The notes below the pieces were generated by a model. The model had not been told where the DNA came from. It was given only the letters and a program-made list of their open reading frames with translations, and made no database searches. The translations under genes and the position numbers were made by a program. A DNA stretch of 64,000 nt. It comes from a virus. Positions 38,182 to 45,496 of the stretch are shown here, one piece after another. Location of the stretch: the IMG/VR virus record IMGVR_UViG_3300022592_000003, positions 25,243 to 89,242 of that record; one strand, written 5' to 3'. Every line of letters starts with the position of its first letter. The first letter of the stretch is position 1.

Positions 38182-38625
38182 TTAGCGGATGAACTGAGCC
38201 CAAGTAGATGTTGTTGTGATCTTGAACTCAGTATCTGTTGAGCCTTGGATGATTGCGATAGCATTTTCTACCTGATCGTAATCACTCAATGGCTTGCTGT
38301 AGTTTCGAGTTTTATACTCAGGACTACGAGAACACTGTGGGTATTTACCCAAGGCTGCCTCTAGTTCTGTAGTATCAAAGTAGATACTGGCACGATAGCT
38401 ATTCGCATAGCCTCCTATACCGATATCAAACTTTGTTGCCTTAGCGATGTTCTTCTTGACCCATGCTTCGGCCTTCTTTTCCCAAGCGGCACGACGCTTT
38501 TCAATGGTGGCAGAGTCTTTTTCCCACTCTGTTATCTCATCGTCCATACGCTTGATTGTTGCTTTTAACTTGGCGACTAGATCTTTCTTAGCCCAAGTTG
38601 TTGCGATTACCTTGGTTGAGGTCAT
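38182..38625 (-). CDS. Hypothetical protein
   Basis: AAGGAGG RBS before ATG 38625. Confidence 0.7.
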   Translation of the reverse strand: MTSTKVIATTWAKKDLVAKLKATIKRMDDEITEWEKDSATIEKRRAAWEKKAEAWVKKNIAKATKFDIGIGGYANSYRASIYFDTTELEAALGKYPQCSRSPEYKTRNYSKPLSDYDQVENAIAIIQGSTDTEFKITTTSTWAQFIR

Positions 38626-38972
38626 GGTAATAGCCCTCCTTTGTTGTACGTGGTCCCCACCACGGCTGTGGCGGGGCGTGTTTGTGTTGGTGCATGTTTT
38701 ATAGACCACATGCTCTGCGTCTTCATGTGCATACCATCTCTATACAGTCAGAACTAAGCCTTTGCCGTGTACATCCCACGAAGTATGTACGAGAGCAAAG
38801 GGTCCGGCCCATGCCTCTAGACTTATTAGCGTAGGCCTCTCAGCCATTGCGTTCGGATCCTTATGAACATGCCATTCCTAACCTGATCGTCGTGCGAGTC
38901 TGTATGTCTTGGATTACCTATGTAATCCAGTATGAGCAGGCACGTGCATCCTGCTCATACTGCATCGCATAG

Positions 38973-39020
38973 AAAAAAACGGGCGGGGGAGAGTACCCTC
39001 AGACTCTCAACCCCACCCCC
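38973..39020 (-). terminator. Intrinsic terminator
   Basis: G-rich/C-rich stem with GAGAGT/ACTCTC, then T7. Confidence 0.6.
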
Positions 39021-39030
39021 TCACATAAGA

Positions 39031-39291
39031 CTAGAACTCACGCTCCTCATAGGCACTGAGGGCATACTCCAACTTGTTAAAATACTCACCCACATGGCAT
39101 GTGCCACGAGCATGGTTATATGTCCATACGACATAGGGATCGTATGGGCTACGCTCTGAAGCGTCACATAGAATGATGTCGGTGTATTCATCAGCCTGCT
39201 TGTGCTTGATGATTACTGCACCAGTGCTGGCACCGCCGTCACCCTGAAGAATTGTGCCTTCAGTAATAGTTACAAGTGTGGACTCAACCAT
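39031..39291 (-). CDS. Hypothetical protein
   Basis: GGAGG RBS; PYVVW...GEYF motif. Confidence 0.65.
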   Translation of the reverse strand: MVESTLVTITEGTILQGDGGASTGAVIIKHKQADEYTDIILCDASERSPYDPYVVWTYNHARGTCHVGEYFNKLEYALSAYEEREF

Positions 39292-39415
39292 TATTTAGCC
39301 TCCAATATATTGTTAATCAGTTTGAGCATATGTATCTCAGCCTGAAGTTGATACATCTTGATCTGTATATCAGCGAGTTGCTGTGAGATTTCTAGCAATC
39401 GCTCTGAGTCATCGT

Positions 39416-39766
39416 CTAGCATGCGTACTTCTCCTTTAACTTAAGGCTCTTGAGGATTTGTTCTAGCGGTAGGTTTTTCTGGCCGGTAACCAACACGCCT
39501 CTATCCTTAGGTGTAGTACCACCCTGAATAGAGTGTCGGTCATCACGATCAACAGCATCTTTCAAGCACTCTAACTTGACAGGGCAATTAGCACAGACAC
39601 GCAAGGCTGCTTCAGCCTTAGCCTTGTAGTGCATGCCTCGCTCACCATCAGCAAAGTAAAACGCCTCAACATCACAGCCACGACAATTAGCCTTGTCCTG
39701 CCATGATAGGTCAGTACTCAACAGGGTGAGGATATGATGCCCTGGTCTAGCCATAGTTTCATTCAT
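39416..39766 (-). CDS. whiB: WhiB-family transcription factor (second copy)
   Basis: WQDKANC...FY...ALRVCANCPVKLECL...IQGGTTPKDR. Confidence 0.9.
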   Translation of the reverse strand: MNETMARPGHHILTLLSTDLSWQDKANCRGCDVEAFYFADGERGMHYKAKAEAALRVCANCPVKLECLKDAVDRDDRHSIQGGTTPKDRGVLVTGQKNLPLEQILKSLKLKEKYAC

Positions 39767-39897
39767 AGTTTTCCCACTCTCTAATCTCTTTATCTATCTC
39801 AAACTGGCGTTCAATAAGCCATGCCACAGATAGCAAGGCTACGAATCCAACTAGTATCACTAACATATCTATCTGCTTTCTACTCTCATCATAGAGA

Positions 39898-39960
39898 GTG
39901 GTAAGTAGACAGGGATATCCGCATATCTAGGGGAGTCTCCCCAGCCTGTCCACTTACCAC
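39898..39960 (-). ncRNA. Candidate three-way-junction RNA
   Basis: 16-bp closing stem enclosing two short hairpins. Confidence 0.45.
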
Positions 39961-39983
39961 CACCTACAAAAAATTGCGGGGGA

Positions 39984-40175
39984 TTACATAGAGATAGATA
40001 GATACCAAAGACCTAGATAAAGAGAGACAGACACATGCTTACTGATCTTGAAACCAATAAAAAATGGTATCTGGCTGTTCCAACCGTAGAACAAGGAGTC
40101 ATTCCATAGCCAGCCAGCACCAAATGAGATGCTCTCACGCTTAAATACAAGCGGTAATTCCTTTGAGTAATACAT
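39984..40175 (-). CDS. Aromatic-rich hypothetical protein
   Basis: GAAAGGA RBS. Confidence 0.55.
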   Translation of the reverse strand: MYYSKELPLVFKRESISFGAGWLWNDSLFYGWNSQIPFFIGFKISKHVSVSLYLGLWYLSISM

Positions 40176-40209
40176 TTACTTTCCTTTCTCGAAAAAAATG
40201 GCGGGGAAT

Positions 40210-40413
40210 CTACCTACCAGATGATCTCCCATTAAGAAGATCAGGAGAGTCAACAGATACATAGGTAAAGCCTTGCTTAGGCATCAAGATAAGACGAAAC
40301 CCAGCCTGACGCTCTCTAATGCCCTTAGATACACAATCCTTAGACATACAGTACTCATACCCTGTTTCCCAGCGTGCCTCAGGCACAATCTGGTCACAAT
40401 ATGGACATTTCAT
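40210..40413 (-). CDS. DksA/TraR-like Zn-finger peptide
   Basis: CPYCDQIVPEARW...YCMSKDC. Confidence 0.55.
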   Translation of the reverse strand: MKCPYCDQIVPEARWETGYEYCMSKDCVSKGIRERQAGFRLILMPKQGFTYVSVDSPDLLNGRSSGR

Positions 40414-40690
40414 AATTACTCCTAACTACTCTCCAGATAGAGAGTGAGAGATACACCTGTGATGTATCTATCGCCAACTACCTGATAATAGACAAGCCAC
40501 TAGCCCCACAACCTGGTCTTACCGGCAGGTAAGCAATTCGGCTATGAGGCCAGTGGCCTATCTTGGACATAGTGGTACTCAGACTCCGACTCATACATGG
40601 CATGCCACAATGCCGTATCGCTGTACGGGTGTCGTGGCAATAGCAGCCCCCATCTATATCCACAGCGTTGAACTATGGACATAGATAGAG

Positions 40691-40715
40691 GCAGGGGGCA
40701 ATAAATACCCCCTGC
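40691..40715. terminator. GC hairpin after the first leftward gene
   Basis: GCAGGGGG/CCCCCTGC. Confidence 0.55.
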
Positions 40716-40732
40716 GACTATTGGACTATCAA

Positions 40733-41281
40733 CTAGGCGTTGATAGACTCCTTCTCCTGTACCTGATTTAACTGGTATTGAGAGAGCAACTTCTCAAACT
40801 TGACCTTCAGAGCCATTACTAATGCGTCAGACGCAGGAGTAGGCACGATGATGGTCTTGGCTACCTTGTCGAACTGGTCGCTAAGTGCTTCCAATTGGGC
40901 GACAATGGCTGTACCCGCTAATGCGTCAGCCATAGCCAATGACTTTGCTTCGTCAATGGCAAGGCTAGACACACGAGCGAGTTCAGCACGCATCTCCTCA
41001 GGTGTATTCTTGACCTGAATAGATGAGTAGTTATTAGCAATGAAGGTGATGTTCATAGACTTGGCGTCTACGCCAGACTTATGGACATACCAAGCAGCAT
41101 AGGCTGTACCGATGTTCTGCTTACCCTTCAAGCCCACGAGAATATGCTCGGGGGTAACAGCAGGGTCAGCAACATACTCCGCTACTATCTCGGAGATGTG
41201 CCAGCCCTTCTTGTCGTTGAAGCGTGAACAGAGGGCATTGAGACGTGCCTGTGTTGCGTCATTAAGCGTCGCTAGTGACAT
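40733..41281 (-). CDS. Hypothetical protein, first gene of the leftward arm
   Basis: GAGAAAG RBS before ATG 41281. Confidence 0.7.
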   Translation of the reverse strand: MSLATLNDATQARLNALCSRFNDKKGWHISEIVAEYVADPAVTPEHILVGLKGKQNIGTAYAAWYVHKSGVDAKSMNITFIANNYSSIQVKNTPEEMRAELARVSSLAIDEAKSLAMADALAGTAIVAQLEALSDQFDKVAKTIIVPTPASDALVMALKVKFEKLLSQYQLNQVQEKESINA

Positions 41282-41703
41282 TTGGCTTGCTTTCTCGGGT
41301 GTAGGTCGTTCGCCTAGACCCGCCCCCACCCACCAGCAACGCTGATGAGTGAGAGCGGGTGTAGGAGTCGGAGTCCTTTCCCTTTCTTGCCCCTTATGGG
41401 TTACAAACTTGTATCAAACCCCCCCACCTTTAACGAACTCGCCACACGCCGATTGACGAGGCGAGACGAACTAGCAGCTCCTGGGTGGGGTAGGCAGTGG
41501 CCTAATCTCGATATGTGAGATAGCTCACTGCGGGGGAAGTTGGGAGGCGGAAAGCAACTAACTATGATCATAGTTTTCATGGAGGAAAATTTTTGGGGTA
41601 GCTGTACAATCTAGGCAGTGGACAAATATGATAAGTTGTTTATCTGTGCCTTCTGTGGCAAAACATGGGTAGTCCCATCTCTAGCGAGGGAATGTGAAGT
41701 AAA

Positions 41704-42219
41704 GTGCCTAGAAAAGATTTCATAGGTCATAACGTAGATCCGGATGAGGCTAATAAGAAGCTCAATCTCGGTGCAGCTATGTTTGGCTTTGCTAATCCTG
41801 CTTTTAATGATGAGCCGGGGGATGAGAATACTCCTGGTCCAGAAGGCGGGGAAGATCCATCAGCTGGATATACATCAGAGATATTTGGGGATGGGTGGGA
41901 ACAACATCCTGCTCCATCAACTGGAAAGCGTCGTAGAGCTCTGTGGATCGGTTATCACAGGGGTATGAGCATGATGGTGATCATCTTTACAACCAAGACT
42001 CATAAGAAGTCCGGGGGACAGAGAAAGTTCTACGGGGATTCACAGCCATGGATCCGGTATCTAGATGTAAGTTTAGAGATGTGGGAAGAGTTAGTCGGGT
42101 ATCACTCAACTGGGGAATGGCTAAAGTTCTCAGGTGTAGAGAATAACTACTACTATCCTACAAGAGCTGCTGAGATTGATCATTTGACTCAAGAGTACAA
42201 AGAAGGACTATCTTCATAA
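41704..42219 (+). CDS. KTSC-like domain protein
   Basis: IGY...MVIIF...RYLDVSLEMWEEL...STGEWL. Confidence 0.55.
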   Translation: MPRKDFIGHNVDPDEANKKLNLGAAMFGFANPAFNDEPGDENTPGPEGGEDPSAGYTSEIFGDGWEQHPAPSTGKRRRALWIGYHRGMSMMVIIFTTKTHKKSGGQRKFYGDSQPWIRYLDVSLEMWEELVGYHSTGEWLKFSGVENNYYYPTRAAEIDHLTQEYKEGLSS

Positions 42220-42290
42220 AATAGGCTATAATTAATATAGAAGCGCCGAACGGGCTTCTTTTAACTTATATCGTCTAAGGAGATATAACT

Positions 42291-42797
42291 ATGGCACACC
42301 CATATCAAAACCCAGGTAAAGACCAATATAACGATCGCTATCCAGATTGGTCAAAACATACCAAGACAGTGGTGGTACAACCACCAGTAACGATCCAATC
42401 CCTCTTTCCCCAGTTCAATCGCTGGGCTATTGGATTCGATCCCCTCTTAGAGACCCTAAGCAACATCAGCGCCTCTGCAAAGACAAGTAGCTACCCGCCC
42501 TATAACATCTACAAGGATGAGGACAAATACGTCCTAGAACTGGCTGTAGCAGGCTTTGGCAAGGAAGATATCACTATCTCGGTAAAAGAGCTCCAGTTGA
42601 CCGTAGAAGGCCAATTAGAGGCATCTGAGGACGAACCTATCCATAAGGGAATCGCTACCAGAGACTTCAAGCAGAACTTCGCTCTAGCGGAGTATGTAGT
42701 AGTCAAGGGAGCAGAGATGAAGGATGGCATGCTCCGTATTACCTTGAAGCAGGAATTACCTGAAGAGCTACAACCCAAGATTATCAAAATCAAGTAA
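42291..42797 (+). CDS. Hsp20 small heat-shock protein
   Basis: SYPPYNI, ELAVAGF, HKGIATRDF, DGMLRITL. Confidence 0.95.
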   Translation: MAHPYQNPGKDQYNDRYPDWSKHTKTVVVQPPVTIQSLFPQFNRWAIGFDPLLETLSNISASAKTSSYPPYNIYKDEDKYVLELAVAGFGKEDITISVKELQLTVEGQLEASEDEPIHKGIATRDFKQNFALAEYVVVKGAEMKDGMLRITLKQELPEELQPKIIKIK

Positions 42798-42802
42798 TTA
42801 TC

Positions 42803-42811
42803 TGCTAGAAT
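42803..42811 (+). promoter_or_regulatory. Extended -10 promoter for the RNA cluster
   Basis: TGCTAGAAT just upstream of the first stem. Confidence 0.6.
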
Positions 42812-42819
42812 AATAATAG

Positions 42820-42901
42820 AGCTCCAGTAGGTACCGCAGTCAGGGGCCCTCTTCCTAACGAGGGCTTCGATAACCCTGTAGGCATTGGGCCTACTGGAAC
42901 T
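42820..42901 (+). ncRNA. Candidate rod-like structured RNA
   Basis: Nested stems TCCAGTAGG/CCTACTGGA, CAGGG/CCCTG, GCCCTC/GAGGGC. Confidence 0.55.
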
Positions 42902-42907
42902 ACAACT

Positions 42908-43059
42908 ATTGACCACGACTCTGAACAAGTCATCGTCAGTTCGTTACTACTGAACCTAACCTGTGAGAAGCATCATACGAAGGTGTTCAGACCGAAAGAG
43001 ATTGCTCTGCTAACTCACTAGGTAGTAACAGGCAGCAGGCTTTAACCGTGGCTGTCAAT
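42908..43059 (+). ncRNA. Candidate multi-stem RNA with complementary loops
   Basis: ATTGAC/GTCAAT, CACG/CGTG, GTTACTAC/GTAGTAAC, GTGAG/CTCAC; loops CTGAAC and GTTCAG. Confidence 0.65.
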
Positions 43060-43061
43060 CT

Positions 43062-43134
43062 TGACCTTTAGCTCAGCTGGCAGAGCACTCGACTGTTAAT
43101 CGAGTTGTCCCTGGTTCGAACCCAGGAAGGTCAG
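43062..43134 (+). tRNA. tRNA-Asn(GTT), CCA not encoded
   Basis: TGACCTT/AAGGTCA acceptor, CTCGA-CTGTTAA-TCGAG anticodon arm, CCTGG-TTCGAAC-CCAGG T arm, G discriminator. Confidence 0.95.
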
Positions 43135-43175
43135 GGGAGTAAATGGCCATCCCAGTTCGACTCTGGGTACTCCCA
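43135..43175 (+). ncRNA. tRNA-like minihelix (acceptor stem + T arm only)
   Basis: GGGAGTA-AATGGCCAT-CCCAG-TTCGACT-CTGGG-TACTCCC-A. Confidence 0.65.
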
Positions 43176-43273
43176 CGGGGGCGTAAGTGTGATTCCGTAT
43201 GAAAGATTACGATCTTTACGCCCCGCCTTATTTGTAAGTACATAGTTCCCCGCCGAAAGTTTGGAGAAGGTAA

Positions 43274-43468
43274 ATGGTAGGTGCAATATTTGGCCTTGTT
43301 GTCGGAGTGTTCGTTACTTGGGTCTGGTTGACTGAAGGGTCACCTAAGGCTCGTAAGGATAATCATCAAACAGGTGTAGTCCAGGTTCGTTGCTCACATT
43401 GTGGACAGATGAACTGGGTTAGCTATAACAATGTCCGTGTTGATACTAAATGCCCTAAGTGTGCATAA
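43274..43468 (+). CDS. TM + Zn-ribbon protein
   Basis: N-terminal TM; CSHC...CPKC. Confidence 0.65.
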   Translation: MVGAIFGLVVGVFVTWVWLTEGSPKARKDNHQTGVVQVRCSHCGQMNWVSYNNVRVDTKCPKCA

Positions 43469-43635
43469 TGCCTAAATACGACTATAAGTGTGAGACCTGT
43501 AATTCAACTATTGAAGTTACCCGCTCTTTTGATGAAGAGGGTTCTCCGCTGTGCACCACCTGTAATTCCACTATGATTAGGCAATGGAACGCCACACCGG
43601 CGATTTTCCGTGGTGGAGGCTGGGGAGGTAAGTAA
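43468..43635 (+). CDS. FmdB-like Zn-ribbon protein (not in ORF track)
   Basis: MPKYDYKCETC...CTTC...IFRGGGW. Confidence 0.85.
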   Translation: MPKYDYKCETCNSTIEVTRSFDEEGSPLCTTCNSTMIRQWNATPAIFRGGGWGGK

Positions 43636-44060
43636 TGTCAGATAGATATCGGGCTAAGAGGTTTATGCCTACAGTTGACCCCGATAACTATGCTGCTATT
43701 GCTGCTGCCCTAAAGCATGATCGTGAGACTAGCCGCCTATGTGGACCGGGCTATGACGAGATCTATGCCCCTCAATCTAACCCTCTAAGGCCTAGAGCCC
43801 AGAAGTGCTGCTATAACCCGGCTACTGAGACGCTAGTCATTGTAATGACAGACCCCGGCGTCGGTGGTAGGCCTAGATATAGTTGGATCCAGTATGATAT
43901 GGTTAACCCTGAGATGTGGACAGAGTTGAAGTCTGGCTCTTCTACAAATGAGTTTGTAACCCAAGCTCTTAGTGGTTGGCCTTGGCTAAACACATCTTTT
44001 GGAAAACTGCCACGTACACGCTCTGAAACCTTCGAACTAGGTTTTCAAGAATATCTGTGA
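43635..44060 (+). CDS. KTSC-like domain protein
   Basis: YNPATETLVIVM...QYDMVNPEMWTELK..SST. Confidence 0.55.
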   Translation: MSDRYRAKRFMPTVDPDNYAAIAAALKHDRETSRLCGPGYDEIYAPQSNPLRPRAQKCCYNPATETLVIVMTDPGVGGRPRYSWIQYDMVNPEMWTELKSGSSTNEFVTQALSGWPWLNTSFGKLPRTRSETFELGFQEYL

Positions 44061-44087
44061 TAAGCTAAATCTCTACGAGAGGGTAAT

Positions 44088-44654
44088 ATGACAACGATCG
44101 CTGCAATCCAAGGTGACGGCTGGGTAGTAATGGGTGGAGACACTCAATCTACTGTGGCTGAGTATAAGCGCCTAGTTATGTCTAACGACAAGGTAATTAA
44201 CAACAATGGCATTCTCATTGCCGGTTGTGGTATGGGTCGTGGCATGGATCTATTGCAGAAGGCTTGGAAGGCTCCAAAGCCCCGCCCAAATCAGAGCATC
44301 GCTCAACTAGATGCGTGGATGGCGAAAACTTTTATTCCCGGAATGCGTAAGCTCTTTATTGAAGGTGGCTACGACATGAAGGATGACGGCGACTACGCCC
44401 AGCACGAAGGTGCATTTATCGTAGCTGTCCAGGGAGTTGTCTTCTATATTGACGACGACTATTCATTTGACCGTGAGGCTCGTGGAATTACTGCCTCAGG
44501 TAGCGGCGGCGACTTTGCCACAGGTTCTTTATATGGCAAGGATCTCTCAACCATTGATGCAGCCTGTGACGCTATGAGGACCGCTATTGATGCCGCTAGG
44601 GCATATGACGTATATTCTGGTGGAGAGACTCGGATTTACGTACAAGAAGCGTAA
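44088..44654 (+). CDS. Ntn-hydrolase, proteasome-beta/HslV-like peptidase
   Basis: N-terminal MTTI, GDTQ, K, SGSGGDFA, DVYSGG. Confidence 0.85.
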   Translation: MTTIAAIQGDGWVVMGGDTQSTVAEYKRLVMSNDKVINNNGILIAGCGMGRGMDLLQKAWKAPKPRPNQSIAQLDAWMAKTFIPGMRKLFIEGGYDMKDDGDYAQHEGAFIVAVQGVVFYIDDDYSFDREARGITASGSGGDFATGSLYGKDLSTIDAACDAMRTAIDAARAYDVYSGGETRIYVQEA

Positions 44655-44687
44655 GACATATGCCATACTGAGCGCCTAAGGAAAGGC

Positions 44688-45338
44688 GTGTCCATGGCAA
44701 CAGATTCATCCGGCAACCAGCAAGTTGCTTTTGAGTGGGGCAATCTCCCCATGCAACCAAATAATACCCGTACCGATACCTATGTTAGTCGTCCAGGCGA
44801 GTTAAATAGCTATTCTTATCAATATGTTGGTCCAGCTCTTGGAACTGGCGACAGCCATATTATTAATGGGCTTGAGTGGGATGGTTTCCCAGATAGTCAG
44901 CCTAACGCCGGTGTCACACACGTAGATAGCGGAAATCTTTTTTACTGGCCTTCATCAGGTGTTTGCTACAACAATCCTAAAGCTCCTGGCAATCGTTGGC
45001 AGGATATGATTGAGTATCTTCGCTCTGCAGGAGTTGACCCAGCAATTCTTAAGGAAGCTACCTTCACCGGTGGTTCTGACAAGTATGACTGGCAAAATGG
45101 AAGTTACGATATTGAAAATGCAGGAATTATCTTTTGGTCATACATTCCTGAAGATTCAATTCAATGGATTGACTGGCAAAACGGTGCTGTTTACACCGGA
45201 AAAGATTTTGATGGTTTTGTAATTAATTCCGCTCATTCTTGGGGACAAGAAGTTGGCGTAAATGACGTTCCTTGGAGCTTCTGGTTCACAGCCTTTACAA
45301 ATGATCCTGCCAAAAACAACACAGCGAGTTGGTTATAA
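44688..45338 (+). CDS. Paralog A of the WG-x-P-x-QP family (probable virion protein)
   Basis: DSSGNQQVAFEWGNLPMQPN. Confidence 0.7.
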   Translation: MSMATDSSGNQQVAFEWGNLPMQPNNTRTDTYVSRPGELNSYSYQYVGPALGTGDSHIINGLEWDGFPDSQPNAGVTHVDSGNLFYWPSSGVCYNNPKAPGNRWQDMIEYLRSAGVDPAILKEATFTGGSDKYDWQNGSYDIENAGIIFWSYIPEDSIQWIDWQNGAVYTGKDFDGFVINSAHSWGQEVGVNDVPWSFWFTAFTNDPAKNNTASWL

Positions 45339-45340
45339 AT

Positions 45341-45496
45341 ATGAAACTAGAAATCAAATGCGTTAAGTGCAATGACACAGAGCAATCAACAGACGTTCTA
45401 AAAGGCTTAAAGGCTTTTTACAACCCGTGTGAAGACTGTGGTTCTAAGCAAGAAGTTAAGTGGGTTGAGTTCACACAGAAAACAGGTAACAAGTAA
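45341..45496 (+). CDS. Zn-ribbon peptide (not in ORF track)
   Basis: CVKC...CEDC; TAATG coupling. Confidence 0.55.
   Translation: MKLEIKCVKCNDTEQSTDVLKGLKAFYNPCEDCGSKQEVKWVEFTQKTGNK

Larger units (their letters stand above)
28565..38690. repeat. Dispersed exact 12-mer CCAACACAAACA, 8 copies
   Basis: 28565(+), 29799, 31501, 32515, 34306, 35542, 36877, 38679 (all -). Confidence 0.9.

Noticed and set aside
37929-38192. 87-aa + strand ORF
   Set aside because: Antisense to tRNA-Arg and the pseudoknots; no RBS.
28565-38690. 12-mer repeats as a CRISPR array
   Set aside because: Repeats are too short and separated by kilobases of genes.
41342-41349. CTGATGAG hammerhead core
   Set aside because: No GAAA or stem II follows; the bases belong to a hairpin better formed on the minus strand.
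43134-43230. Permuted tmRNA or Y RNA
   Set aside because: No G3-U70 pair, no tag ORF, and no SmpB or Ro60 gene in the window.
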